Assembly (NCBI GenBank): GCA_963716175.1
Contig: OY970296.1
Span: 1,088,001 to 1,152,000, forward strand
DNA from: an uncultured Armatimonadetes bacterium
GTDB lineage: Bacteria; Armatimonadota; Hebobacteria; Hebobacterales; Hebobacteraceae
DNA: 64,000 nt
Reading direction: 5' to 3'
Shown: piece after piece, positions 29,899 through 39,925 of the stretch
Numbering within the stretch: the first letter of the stretch is position 1
Layout: every line of letters begins with the position of its first letter
Translations under genes and position numbers: made by a program
Notes under the pieces: model-generated
Seen by the model: the letters and a program-made list of their open reading frames with translations, nothing else
What the model was told of the DNA's origin: nothing
Databases searched by the model: none

Positions 29899-31299
29899 AT
29901 GCCCAGCATCCGATACCGATTGGGTGGTGGCCTATCCCGCAAGCAGATAGAGCAGATGCACCAGGCTGCGCTCGACCTCTGCCAGTCGGTAGGCCTGCGC
30001 GTTCCCCACGACGGCATCCGCCGCCGTGCCCTCCAGCACGAAGGCGTGACGGGCCGCGGTGAGACCCTCTTCTTCTCCGCTGAGCTCGTCGCGCAGGCGC
30101 TGGCGCAACTGCGCTATCCCGAGGAGATGCGACAGGCCGATTTCCAGGTGGTATCAGGCGCCTACGAGCTGAACGTGCTCGATATGGACACCGACGAGAT
30201 CCGGCCCGCCACCCTGGCGGACCTGCGCCAGCTCACCAAGCTCCAGGACGCGCTCGGCTTCGTGGGCAGCGCCGCGGTTCGCCCCACCGACGTTCCCGGG
30301 CCCCTCCAGGAGATACTGGAGTACAAGGTCACCTGGGAGAACAGCCGCTGGATTTCCGGGACCGACTATGAGGCGAACGAGAAGTCCACCCCGGAGTCGG
30401 CCGAGATCATCTACGAAATGGCCCAGGTGGCGAACAAGCCCTTCCGCCTCGAGCTTTGGGTGAAGAGCCCCTTCCGCGTTGCCCCCTCCGAGCTGGAGAT
30501 CATCTACCGCTTCCTCGACCGCAAGCCGCCGATGTTCGCTGCCACCATGCCCATCGCCGGCGCCACCGCGCCTGTCTTCTGGCCCGGCGCTTACCTGCAG
30601 AGCATGGCCGAGCTTTGGTCCGGGGTGGCGCTCCTCCACGCGCTCAACCCCGATGTGCCCGTGCAGGCGCTGGTGATTGACAGCATCCGCGCCTACCCCT
30701 TCGACATGAAGAACGCCAGCTTCGTCTACGGCTCGCCCGGCGATGTCATCGCCACCCTCTTCCAGGTCCAGCTCAACGCTCGCTACCGGATTCCAGTGGT
30801 GGCGAAGTCACTGCTCACGAATGCTTGCTGGCCCGATGCCCAGGCCGCCGCCGAGAAGGCCAGCCATACCATGGCCGCTGCGCTCGCGGGCGCGCGCATC
30901 TTCACCAATGCCGGCCTGCTCGCCATTGACGAGATCTTCTCCGCCGAGCAGGCGGTGATTGACGCCGAGATCGTGGCGCACTGCCGCGCCGTGTGCCAGC
31001 CCATCCGCTTCGATGACCAAACCCTGGCCGTGAAAGCCATCAAGGAAGTCGGCATCGGCGGCAGCTTCGTCAGCCATGACTCCACCCTCGACCACTGGCA
31101 GGAGACCGCGGACCGACCCGTGCTCTTCCAGCGGCCCTCCCTCAGCCAATGGCTGCACGCCGGCCAGCCCAGCCTGAGGGATCGCGCCCGCGCTCGCGCC
31201 AGGGAGCTGATCGCCAACCACACCTACTCCCTGCCCGACGATGTCCAGCGCGAGCTCGACCGCATCCTCGACCACGCCCGCAAGACCTTGGTCGGGTGA
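29899..31299 (+). CDS. Trimethylamine:corrinoid methyltransferase (MttB) family, non-pyrrolysine
   Basis: LSxxQIEQMH..L...G, MPIAGATAP, PDAQAAxEK, VGIGGSF; no in-frame amber codon. Confidence 0.85.
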   Translation: MPSIRYRLGGGLSRKQIEQMHQAALDLCQSVGLRVPHDGIRRRALQHEGVTGRGETLFFSAELVAQALAQLRYPEEMRQADFQVVSGAYELNVLDMDTDEIRPATLADLRQLTKLQDALGFVGSAAVRPTDVPGPLQEILEYKVTWENSRWISGTDYEANEKSTPESAEIIYEMAQVANKPFRLELWVKSPFRVAPSELEIIYRFLDRKPPMFAATMPIAGATAPVFWPGAYLQSMAELWSGVALLHALNPDVPVQALVIDSIRAYPFDMKNASFVYGSPGDVIATLFQVQLNARYRIPVVAKSLLTNACWPDAQAAAEKASHTMAAALAGARIFTNAGLLAIDEIFSAEQAVIDAEIVAHCRAVCQPIRFDDQTLAVKAIKEVGIGGSFVSHDSTLDHWQETADRPVLFQRPSLSQWLHAGQPSLRDRARARARELIANHTYSLPDDVQRELDRILDHARKTLVG

Positions 31300-31443
31300 T
31301 GCCGCCGTTCGTGGGGGAGCCCCTCCGCGGGCTCCCCCAACAGAGCGGGCGCGACACCAGACGCGAGTCGGGCAGGAGACATGTCGCCAGGGGCGACTGA
31401 AGCTCCTGCCCAACGTTCAACCTGCAAGACTCGCGCGCCGCTG

Positions 31444-31878
31444 CTACTCCGGCTTCGCCCTTCCTCCACCCGGCATCTCTTGGGGCATCTGCGGCATCAT
31501 CTGCTGGCAGATCGGGCAGTTCTTGTGCATCTCCATCATCCGCGTCGCCATCTTCGTCCAGTCAATCTTGATCTCTGCCTCTTTCTGCAGCCTCAGATCC
31601 TGATCGTACTTCAGCAGCTCATCCCCGATCATGACATAGACGCCGTCCGGGGCGGCCACCATGATCCTCTGGCCCATCATGGTGTGGAAGGGGCACTGGG
31701 CCATCATGCCGCGGCCCATGCCGGCCCCCGCGCCAGGACCCATCCTTCCTCCTCCTCCTCTGCCTCCGCCCATCACACCCCGGCCCATCCTGCCCCCGCC
31801 TCGAGCGGCGTAGGCGACTACTACCAGCACCATCAGCAACACCAGCGCCAGCGCGATCATCTTCCAGCCACGTCTCAT
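31444..31878 (-). CDS. Small exported Gly/Met-rich protein with CPFH and CPIC motifs
   Basis: Signal peptide; SD ggagggagag; GVYVMIGDELLKYD core. Confidence 0.75.
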   Translation of the reverse strand: MRRGWKMIALALVLLMVLVVVAYAARGGGRMGRGVMGGGRGGGGRMGPGAGAGMGRGMMAQCPFHTMMGQRIMVAAPDGVYVMIGDELLKYDQDLRLQKEAEIKIDWTKMATRMMEMHKNCPICQQMMPQMPQEMPGGGRAKPE

Positions 31879-32075
31879 CTCTCTCCCTCCGGCATGCTGA
31901 GTTCGGCTCGTATCTTACTATCTGCGGCTGGCGAAGCCTTCCCTCTTGCCCCTCAAATGTGTGCCTCTGGGACATTCCTGTCGGGTTTCTGGACAGAAGC
32001 GTCATCTCGTCCCGGCCGGCAGGAAGCCGGCTTCCTCCGTGCGAACAGAAGGGCGTGTGGAGGCAGCAAGGCACT

Positions 32076-32624
32076 ATGGAACTGAGCGGCAAGCGCATCG
32101 CCATTCTCATCGCCACCGGCTATCACGAGCACGAGCTGCTCTTCCCTTACTACCGGCTGAAGGAGGCGGGCGCGGAGGTGATCGTGGCCGGGCCCGAGGC
32201 CGGGGCGACGGTGTGGGGCGAGGGCCGGCACGGCATGGATGGCCTGCCATTCGTCACCGACATCGCGCTGCATCAGCTCCGCGCCTCCGAGCTTGACGCC
32301 CTACACCTGCCCGGTGGCATCTACGGCCCGCTCGAGCTGCGCGATCGCGAGGATGTCCGGCAGCTCGTCCGCGCCATGGTGGATCAGCACAAGATCGTCG
32401 GCGCGATCTGCCACGGGCCCTGGGTGCTGATCTCGGCCGGTGTGGTTGCGGGGCGCCAGATCGCCTGCCCCAGGGACATAGCGGTTGACGCCGAGAACGC
32501 CGGCGCCTGCTACGTCGCCACCGGCGCGGTGCGAGACGGTCCCCTCGTCACCGGGGTCTACTTCGGCAATCTGCCCGAGTACATCCGACTCTTCATCTCT
32601 GCTGTTGCCGAATCGCACCCATAG
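32076..32624 (+). CDS. DJ-1/PfpI family protein
   Basis: KRIAIL, EL.FPYYRLKEAG, LPGG, AICHGPW. Confidence 0.9.
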   Translation: MELSGKRIAILIATGYHEHELLFPYYRLKEAGAEVIVAGPEAGATVWGEGRHGMDGLPFVTDIALHQLRASELDALHLPGGIYGPLELRDREDVRQLVRAMVDQHKIVGAICHGPWVLISAGVVAGRQIACPRDIAVDAENAGACYVATGAVRDGPLVTGVYFGNLPEYIRLFISAVAESHP

Positions 32625-32672
32625 GGTAGCCACATCCTTTCCCGCGCAGGGAAGCCAGAGAGGAGCCCAGCC

Positions 32673-34640
32673 ATGCCCCATCCCCTCCGACCCGAAGACT
32701 GCTACCGCCTGCGATCCGTGTCCGACCCCCAACTTTCTCCCGATGGCGCCTGGGTGGCCTGCGTCATCTCTCAGCCCGACCGGCAGAAGGATCGCGGTCT
32801 TTCCGACATCTGGCTGATCTCGACACGCGGGCGCAAGCGCCTCCAGCTCACCAACCGCTACCACCGCGATCACTCCCCGCGCTGGTCGCCGGATGGCGCT
32901 CGCATCGCCTTCGTCGCGCCGGAGTCAGATGATGACAAGTCCAAGCCCCAGATCTGGCTGATCCCGGCCGGCGGCGGAGAGGCGAAGCAGATCACCCACC
33001 TCAAGCAGGGCGCCTCCGCGCCCGCTTGGTCGCCAGACGGGCGACGAATCGCCTTCCTCGCCCGCGATCCCAAGCCGGAGGATGAAGAGCAAGATCCGAA
33101 GAGGCCGAAGATCGAGGTCAAAGCCGGCCGCGTCTATGCCACCGACGCCAGGGCGGTTGACCGCATGCGCTATCGCTCCACCGATTGGCTCCCAAAGGAG
33201 GAGCGCCGGCGCATCTACGTGGTCCCGGCGGCCGGCGGCAAGCCGAAGCAGATCACGGACGGCGACGGCGACGACTCCGCCCCGGTCTGGTCGCCCGATG
33301 GCCGGCGCATCGCCTTCGTCTCCAACCGCGGCCGCGACCCGGACTGGGATCTGGCTTTCGATATCTGGGTGGTCGCGGCCTCGGGAGGCACACCGCGGCG
33401 CCTGACCGCGCTGGAGGGAGGCGCTTGCTCTCCCTGGTCGCCGCCGAGCTGGTCGCCCGATGGCAGGTGGATCGCCTTCGTGGGCTCTCCCACCCCTGAG
33501 ATCTTCAGGATGGACGAGTGCGTCTACGTCGTGCCGGCGCGCGGCGGACAGCCCACCAGCCTGACGGAAGGACTGGACCGCCCTCCTCACTCTCCCCGCT
33601 GGGCGCCGGATGGCTCTGGCATCTACTTCATCTGCTACGACCAGGGCTTCAGCTCCCTCTGGCGCACCGGCCTCGACCGCAGGTTCGAGCGCGTCCTGCC
33701 ACAGGACCGCTGCCTCGAGGGCTATGATGTCGCCAGGCGAGGTGATGCCGTTGCCTATCTGCGCAGCGATCCCGATCATCCCGCCGAGCTGTTCGCCTGC
33801 CGCCTCGACGGCCGGGGGGAGCGGCAGCTCACCCGTGAGAATGGCCCGGCCCTCCGCCGCCTGCGTCTGGGCAGGACCGAACCCTTCTGGTGCCGCTCCT
33901 TCGATGGCACGCGCATCCACGCCTGGGTGGTGAAGCCTCCGGCATTCCGCGCCGGCCGCAAGTACCCCCTGGTGCTGATGGCGCATGGCGGCCCCTATTG
34001 GGCCTACTTCCACTCCTGGGAATTCGAGGCCCAGGTGCTGGCGGGCCGGGGCTATGTGGTGGTCTACTCCAACCCGCGAGGCTCGACCGGATATGGAAAA
34101 GCGTTCCAGACCGCGGCCGTGGGCAAGTGGGGTCAGGAGGATTCCCGCGACGTGCTCGCGGCCATGGACCACGTCATTCGCCAGGGATATGTGGACCGCA
34201 AGCGGCTGGGAGTGATGGGCGGCTCGTACGGCGGGTTCATGACCACCTGGCTGCTGGGCACCACCGACCGCTTCGCCGCCGGTGTCGCCAGTTGCGCCGC
34301 CACCGATGAGCCCATGTTCTACTACAGCGCGGACATGCCGCTCTGGTCAGAGCAGGAGCTGGGCGGCCCGCCCTGGGAGAAGCTGGCGAACTATCGCCGC
34401 GTCTCGCCCACCACCCATGCCCACAAGATTCGCGCCCCTCTGCTCTTGCTACACGCGGAGAACGACTGGCGCGTCCCCATCTCCCACTCCGAGATCATCT
34501 ACGCCACGCTCAAGCGCATCGGGGTCGAGTCCGTCTTCGTGCGCTACCCCACCGGCGGCCACGGCTTCGGCGGCTCCTCCCCGCGCTACACCTGCGACAC
34601 CCTCAACCGGACCATAGACTGGTTCGACGAGCACCTGTAG
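32673..34640 (+). CDS. S9 family (prolyl oligo/acylaminoacyl) peptidase
   Basis: WSPDG propeller repeats, HGGP, GGSYGG, catalytic D (ENDWRV) and H (GGHG). Confidence 0.95.
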   Translation: MPHPLRPEDCYRLRSVSDPQLSPDGAWVACVISQPDRQKDRGLSDIWLISTRGRKRLQLTNRYHRDHSPRWSPDGARIAFVAPESDDDKSKPQIWLIPAGGGEAKQITHLKQGASAPAWSPDGRRIAFLARDPKPEDEEQDPKRPKIEVKAGRVYATDARAVDRMRYRSTDWLPKEERRRIYVVPAAGGKPKQITDGDGDDSAPVWSPDGRRIAFVSNRGRDPDWDLAFDIWVVAASGGTPRRLTALEGGACSPWSPPSWSPDGRWIAFVGSPTPEIFRMDECVYVVPARGGQPTSLTEGLDRPPHSPRWAPDGSGIYFICYDQGFSSLWRTGLDRRFERVLPQDRCLEGYDVARRGDAVAYLRSDPDHPAELFACRLDGRGERQLTRENGPALRRLRLGRTEPFWCRSFDGTRIHAWVVKPPAFRAGRKYPLVLMAHGGPYWAYFHSWEFEAQVLAGRGYVVVYSNPRGSTGYGKAFQTAAVGKWGQEDSRDVLAAMDHVIRQGYVDRKRLGVMGGSYGGFMTTWLLGTTDRFAAGVASCAATDEPMFYYSADMPLWSEQELGGPPWEKLANYRRVSPTTHAHKIRAPLLLLHAENDWRVPISHSEIIYATLKRIGVESVFVRYPTGGHGFGGSSPRYTCDTLNRTIDWFDEHL

Positions 34641-34650
34641 GCCAGGCCAT

Positions 34651-34694
34651 GTTGGGCAGGAGGCAGCCCCCGTGTGGCGGGGCTGCCTCCTGCC
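34651..34694. terminator. 16-bp inverted repeat between convergent genes (terminator or REP-like)
   Basis: ggcaggaggcagcccc / ggggctgcctcctgcc. Confidence 0.55.
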
Positions 34695-34720
34695 GCATCT
34701 GTGTAATCTGCGGATGGCCG

Positions 34721-35194
34721 TTACCCGCGTCCCCCCACCACCTCCGGCCCCACCAACCACACCAGCACCCCGGCCCGCGGCTCCACCCGTTCGCAGTCCA
34801 CCCGCGCCACGCCGCTCTTCGCCATCGTCACTTGCCCGCCGCCGATGAGCTGGCTCACGATATGGCCGAAGTCCGGCTCGTGCCCGACCAGCATCATCCG
34901 CCCGCGGCTGTGGTGTGACAGCAGGAGCTGGACATCGCCCAGCGAGCAGCCCGGCGCTAGCCGCGGCTCCACCTGTGCGGGGATGACGAACGCCTCCTGC
35001 AGGATCTCCGCGGTCTGCCGCGCCCGCCTCAGCGGGCTGGTCAGGATCGCCTCCGGTTGCAGGCCGGCCTGGCGCAGCGCCAGGCCCACGGCCAGCGTCT
35101 CCTGCCGGCCCCGCTCCGTAAGCTGCCGCTCCTCGTCCCTCACCGTGGCGCTGGCCGGCTCGGCATCCCCGTGCCGGAAGAAGTAGAGTTCCAT
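34721..35194 (-). CDS. sixA: Phosphohistidine phosphatase SixA
   Basis: RHGDAE, RQLTERG, TSPLRRARQTA, VGHEP. Confidence 0.9.
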   Translation of the reverse strand: MELYFFRHGDAEPASATVRDEERQLTERGRQETLAVGLALRQAGLQPEAILTSPLRRARQTAEILQEAFVIPAQVEPRLAPGCSLGDVQLLLSHHSRGRMMLVGHEPDFGHIVSQLIGGGQVTMAKSGVARVDCERVEPRAGVLVWLVGPEVVGGRG

Positions 35195-35206
35195 GGCGTT
35201 CCCCCT

Positions 35207-35548
35207 CTACTCGGGCAGCGGGATCATGCACAGGAAGCGAGCGGTGTTCTCCCCCCGGTTGCGGAACTGGTGTGGCTCACTCGGCAGCACCAGCACCGCG
35301 TCTCCTGGGGTCAGCTCGGCCGCCGCCTCGTTCCCTATCACCTCCACCCGGCCCTCCAGCACGAATACCTCGTGCTCCCAGCTATGCTCGTGCTGCGGCG
35401 TTTGCCCCCCTGGGGCCATCTCGAACAGGCGCATGGCGAAGCTCGGCGCCCCCTCCGGCCGCGACAGCAGCCACCGCACCGTCACCTTCGCGGCCCCCTC
35501 CTCCATCACCTCCTGCGGCTCGACCTCCGGCGCGTGCACCAGTCGCAT
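35207..35548 (-). CDS. Cupin domain protein
   Basis: FAMRLFE..PGG.TPxHxHxWEHE...HQFRN. Confidence 0.92.
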   Translation of the reverse strand: MRLVHAPEVEPQEVMEEGAAKVTVRWLLSRPEGAPSFAMRLFEMAPGGQTPQHEHSWEHEVFVLEGRVEVIGNEAAAELTPGDAVLVLPSEPHQFRNRGENTARFLCMIPLPE

Positions 35549-35575
35549 CCTCCCCTCCTCTTCCTCGGTCCGACC

Positions 35576-36340
35576 TTAGCCAGCCTCCAGCCCCAACCAC
35601 TGCATGGCATTGCCGTAGTACACCTTCTCTTGCACCTCCGGCGGAACCTCCAGCGCGGCCATGAAGTTGCGGTAGAACTCTATGGTATCATCCGGGTTAT
35701 CGGAGCCGAACACCAGCTTGCCAATCAGGTTGAGGCCAATCTTCGGCGGCCCGCCGGTCTGGTTCCGCTCCACCCGCTCGAACAGCCAGCGGAACCAGGA
35801 GGTCGGGTAATGGCGGATGGTGCCGCCGCTCATGTCATACCAGAGGTGCCGGCACGTGGCCATTGCGATCACTGCCTCCATCGGCCACTGATTGCCCAGA
35901 TGCGCGCCCACCATCCGGAACTCGGGGAAGTGGCTGGCGATGGTGATCAGGTGGATGGGGTGCAGATTCTCCTGGCGAATCCCCCGCTTGAGCTCCAGGC
36001 TCAGGAATCCGGTGTGGAAGAGTGCGGGCAGGCCCAACTCCTGGGCCCGCTGATACACCGGAAGGTAAGAGTCATGCGAATAGGGCAAATCCGGCCCGAT
36101 GAACTTCAGGCCGCGGAAGCCCTGCTCCCGCGCCCGTGCTACCGCCTCCGCTCCCTCCCGGTCCAGATCGAGATAGTAGAAGGGAACAACGTAGTCGGGG
36201 TAGCGCTTAGCAAGGGCGAGCACCTCCTGATTGGGCATGCTCATGCAGATCTTGACATAGCCCAGCGAATCCCACAGCACGCGCTTCTCCTCGACCTCAT
36301 CAGGTCCGTGGAAATGCGCGTGGCAGTTGATCACCTGCAT
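35576..36340 (-). CDS. Amidohydrolase-2 family protein
   Basis: INCHAH, GFRGLK, FHTG, GAHLG, FGSD. Confidence 0.88.
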   Translation of the reverse strand: MQVINCHAHFHGPDEVEEKRVLWDSLGYVKICMSMPNQEVLALAKRYPDYVVPFYYLDLDREGAEAVARAREQGFRGLKFIGPDLPYSHDSYLPVYQRAQELGLPALFHTGFLSLELKRGIRQENLHPIHLITIASHFPEFRMVGAHLGNQWPMEAVIAMATCRHLWYDMSGGTIRHYPTSWFRWLFERVERNQTGGPPKIGLNLIGKLVFGSDNPDDTIEFYRNFMAALEVPPEVQEKVYYGNAMQWLGLEAG

Positions 36341-36453
36341 GATCGCTCTTGAGACAGCCAGATTGGAATGGCCCTTTCGTGGGGAAGTCCGCAGCAACCT
36401 GCCGCGCTAGGGAGGAGCGAGAAGGTCCGAGCGACTCAAGCCACCCGGCGTTG

Positions 36454-37050
36454 TCACTGCAGCGCGAAGTCAAAGGCGATTCTTTGACCCACGCCAGGGA
36501 TGAAGTCGAAATCTCGGTCGTTCGAGACGATGCCCGTGGCGTCTTGGCGAGCCATTACCGAGCAATGGAAAGCGTCATGTGGCATTAGCTGATGGTCGTC
36601 AATCCTGGCGAGACTGTGGCGTATCTCCTCGCTACCCAGTCCGGCCATATCAAACCTGTCTTTGGATAGGATGAAGTTCGTGAACCTCTTGAGCTCGCCA
36701 ACATGCCTCCTAACAGCTTCGGCCCTCTTGCCCTTGGCTTGCTCGCGCTCGCTCTTCTCTCTCGATGCTGCCCGCTTGCAGAGGTCGGCCCACGCTCCTT
36801 TTCCGTTCTCACTGTCGTACAGCATACGCAATAGGTTCCACCAGACCTCGTCCACCACAAGCGGCGAGAGCCAGATGCCGAGTCTGTTCCTCTCCCTGTA
36901 CACCAGCAGTTGGCTTAGTAGCAGGCTTGCGGCCTTATGGTGCGGGTGGCTGGACACATGTGCGGCGAGCAGCAGGTTCGCATCCAGAAAGTAGGCCGCG
37001 CACTTGAGTAGAATAGTCAGACGGCCGAGCTTAAGGGTCGCCTTGGCCAT
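36454..37050 (-). CDS. PIN (VapC-like) nuclease domain protein
   Basis: FLDAN, SPLVVDE, PHDAFH, SNDRDF acidic active-site set. Confidence 0.88.
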   Translation of the reverse strand: MAKATLKLGRLTILLKCAAYFLDANLLLAAHVSSHPHHKAASLLLSQLLVYRERNRLGIWLSPLVVDEVWWNLLRMLYDSENGKGAWADLCKRAASREKSEREQAKGKRAEAVRRHVGELKRFTNFILSKDRFDMAGLGSEEIRHSLARIDDHQLMPHDAFHCSVMARQDATGIVSNDRDFDFIPGVGQRIAFDFALQ

Positions 37051-37591
37051 ACTCGGTACCGGAGAGCAAGTAGTCGTCGTCAAGGAGAAACGGAGTCCCT
37101 ACTGCTCCCGCAAAGTCCTCGAACTGCTGCCTCATGTCCGGGCTCATCTGCCCCAGCACGAAATCGAACTGGTCACGGGCCTCGTCTGTAACGCCGTGAG
37201 CAGCCATCTCTGCCGCTAGGTCGGATCCGTCGGCTACGGCAGCATCCGGCTCCGCAAGCGAGTCAACTAGCTCCACGCCCGCGTCCCACTCGACCGCGTA
37301 GGCAGACGCAAGCCAGGTCTGTAGCTCGGACAGGACCGGGCTGGCGTTAAGCGCGAGCACGTAGTAGGACAGGTACTGCCCCGGATCGTTGCTAAAGCCG
37401 TAGGTCTCTAGCTGCAGGGCTTCGCGAATGGTTCGCCCTGGGTGTCGTAAGCCGGTGAACAGTCTCTCGACTGGCCTGGGGTCGGAAGTCCATATGCCGT
37501 GCGATCGCTCCTCCTCAGACTCAATCTGTCTGAGAAGCCTGAGCACCTCGGCCCAGGTCTGAGTGCTGGTCTCCCCTGCTATCGCGTGCAC
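37031..37591 (-). CDS. Hypothetical protein with acidic C-terminus (antitoxin-like)
   Basis: Overlaps both neighbours; SD gaggagg. Confidence 0.65.
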   Translation of the reverse strand: MHAIAGETSTQTWAEVLRLLRQIESEEERSHGIWTSDPRPVERLFTGLRHPGRTIREALQLETYGFSNDPGQYLSYYVLALNASPVLSELQTWLASAYAVEWDAGVELVDSLAEPDAAVADGSDLAAEMAAHGVTDEARDQFDFVLGQMSPDMRQQFEDFAGAVGTPFLLDDDYLLSGTEYGQGDP

Positions 37592-38235
37592 TCCGAAACC
37601 TCCTCAGCGGCCTGGGAACAGAGCCGAGCGACAACGGTGGCGAGATAGCCCTGCTCCTCGCCTGCTCTCCCAAGTAGGGTACCCAAACTGTCTGCCTCGT
37701 GATGAATATTCAGATGACACGATAGTTCATGCTGGGACCGGGGTGGTACCAAAGTCTCAAGTCTGATGTCATACCGCCCGTCTGGACGATTGTACACCAT
37801 CCGTACCCCGCCGGAAACTAGCTGCCCGTTCAGGACCGCGGATACTTCGCTCCCTCTGTCCTTGATCAGCGACAAGATCACCGCGAGCGCAGGCCCATTC
37901 AGCTTGAAGTGATGGTGGTAGTTGACGCCCACGCTTTGCAGCTTCGCCCCCAATATGCCGAGCAGGTGCGTCAGCACGCGCTCCATGAGTTCCGGAGCGG
38001 CCTCGCTGGGGTCGTCAGCGCGTAGTTGGCACCTTGTTCTCTCGAACTGTACGAATTCCTTGCTTTCAGGGTCGACGAGGACCAACGTGTCCCCAATGCT
38101 CTGTATGAGCGGAAACTGCTTCGGTAGTCCTTCGCGGAGCTTCGACTCTGACACGAACAGGAAGTCAGCGGCCTGGTAAAGGGCAACCACAGAGTATCTT
38201 ACATACCGAGCTTCAACGATTTCCACGTTCACCAC
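37579..38235 (-). CDS. Hypothetical protein, TIGR04255-like
   Basis: About 220 aa; SVGVNYxHxF strand and C-terminal LNIH pattern reminiscent of TIGR04255-like proteins. Confidence 0.6.
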   Translation of the reverse strand: MVNVEIVEARYVRYSVVALYQAADFLFVSESKLREGLPKQFPLIQSIGDTLVLVDPESKEFVQFERTRCQLRADDPSEAAPELMERVLTHLLGILGAKLQSVGVNYHHHFKLNGPALAVILSLIKDRGSEVSAVLNGQLVSGGVRMVYNRPDGRYDIRLETLVPPRSQHELSCHLNIHHEADSLGTLLGRAGEEQGYLATVVARLCSQAAEEVSECTR

Positions 38236-38466
38236 CGGAGCGTAGCGCTAGAACCTAGTTGGCTGCCAGGTCCGCGGCGTGACGGCTTCAGACATCACCT
38301 GGCCTTTTCCGCGGAAATCCACCTTCTTCCTTCCACCAACCGCAAGCGGATTCCAACAAACGCGCGTTCCGGGGTCGGGACCAGCAGCCGCCCCTGCCGC
38401 TCCTGTGCCATGCCGGACCCACCGCGCATCGACCGGAAACCCGGCGCGCCATCTCCAGGGGACTTG

Positions 38467-39240
38467 CTACTCTGCCAACCGCCGCAGCAGCGGCCTCACC
38501 TGCAGCCGCGCTTTTTCCAGGTTCTGCTCCCAGCGGGGCGCGTCGCCGGCCGTCCACCCCTCGCAGGCATAGGCAACGCAGAGCAGTGCGTCCTGAAACA
38601 GATCGTGCGGCTGCGCCCACTCGCTCGGAGGCACGATCTCGTCGAATTTCACGAACAGGTTCCGCGCCCGCTTCGCCAGCAGCTCCACCCGCGCCCGCTC
38701 CGCTGGCGGCGCCGCGCCATTGGGCGAGGGCAGGATCTCCACCTTGCTCCAGATGCCGCGGAAGCGCTCCAGCACCGGCCCCATCTCCCCCTGGTACTGG
38801 CGCCGCTCCCGCTCCCTGCTGAGCACCTCTTCCACCGAGCCTCGAATCGCTACGGCCAGCGCCTGGGCCAGCTCTTCTTTCCTCGCGCGCAAGTCCACCC
38901 CTGGCTTCACCAGCCCGGCCCGCGCCAGCACCTCCGGGGCCGAAACCACCGCCCCTGGCCGCACCCCCAATTGCCGCAGCAGGCGGCAGGCCTGGCATGA
39001 GCTGGACCCATCCACCGCCACCACGAAGCTCCTGCTCCCGCGAGGGCACGCTTCCGCGGCGCGGATCGCCACCTCCGACGCGCCCTCGACCACCATCTCC
39101 ACCGCCCGGCGCACGATCCCGCAGCCCGCGCGGCCTGAGTCCGCGCATGGCACCAGGATCACCGCAGGTGCTGTCGCTTGCTCGTCCGAAGCCATCACCC
39201 GCCCTGTCGTTGCATCACTGATACCTTGGATCACCGACAC
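38467..39240 (-). CDS. DGC-like Cys-rich domain fused to a helical C-terminal domain
   Basis: VILVPC..G..GC, VVAVDGSSSCQAC; start uncertain (39195-39261). Confidence 0.65.
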   Translation of the reverse strand: MSVIQGISDATTGRVMASDEQATAPAVILVPCADSGRAGCGIVRRAVEMVVEGASEVAIRAAEACPRGSRSFVVAVDGSSSCQACRLLRQLGVRPGAVVSAPEVLARAGLVKPGVDLRARKEELAQALAVAIRGSVEEVLSRERERRQYQGEMGPVLERFRGIWSKVEILPSPNGAAPPAERARVELLAKRARNLFVKFDEIVPPSEWAQPHDLFQDALLCVAYACEGWTAGDAPRWEQNLEKARLQVRPLLRRLAE

Positions 39241-39244
39241 CGGC

Positions 39245-39925
39245 TCACCTCTTCCGCCCAATCGCGATCACGTAGTCAAGCTTTATGACATACCCAGTCT
39301 CCGCGCCGCTCGCGGTCGGGAACGAGGCCCAACCTTCCACCAGGAAGCTCTTGGTCAGCGGGCTGATGAAGCCGAGGCTCCACACCGAGTCGTGGCCGTC
39401 GTTCATCTGGATCCAGTCGCTGCGCAAGGTCAGCCGCTCGTTCACCGCGGCATCGGCTCCCAGGAACAGCGCGTGGTTGTCGGACTGGACGCTGTAGCCG
39501 AGATGTCCGTTCGCCTGCTTCCCGATAGGCACGGAGGCGACGGCGTAGGGAAAGCTGTCGCCGTGGAAGTCGCGGTTGCCCGAGACGTTCGCCACCCCCA
39601 GCGCCAGCCGCGCGCCCTTCTCCAGGGGTATCCGATATTTCGCCTGGAAGGTAGGCCCGCCTCCGGAGCCGGGGCCGGTGAGGCCGCCATCCATCCCTAC
39701 TTCCCAGTTCTGCCCCGGCCCGACCTTGAAGCCGGCGGCCCAGCTCGTCTCGCGGTCCGCACCGAAGTCGGTCCAGCTCTGCAGCACCAGGATGTCCTTG
39801 GGCACCACGTCAGCCGTCGGGATGTTGTTCAGGCCGGTGGGCGTGGCATTCGCCTGCCGGGGAGCCAGTGCAACGGCGGCTGCGAAGACGGCACCAAGCA
39901 GAACGCGGCGGGATGCTCTAAGCAC
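39245..39925 (-). CDS. Putative outer-membrane beta-barrel protein
   Basis: Signal peptide, TPTGLNNIPTADV, alternating amphipathic strands, aromatic-rich last strand. Confidence 0.65.
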   Translation of the reverse strand: MLRASRRVLLGAVFAAAVALAPRQANATPTGLNNIPTADVVPKDILVLQSWTDFGADRETSWAAGFKVGPGQNWEVGMDGGLTGPGSGGGPTFQAKYRIPLEKGARLALGVANVSGNRDFHGDSFPYAVASVPIGKQANGHLGYSVQSDNHALFLGADAAVNERLTLRSDWIQMNDGHDSVWSLGFISPLTKSFLVEGWASFPTASGAETGYVIKLDYVIAIGRKR

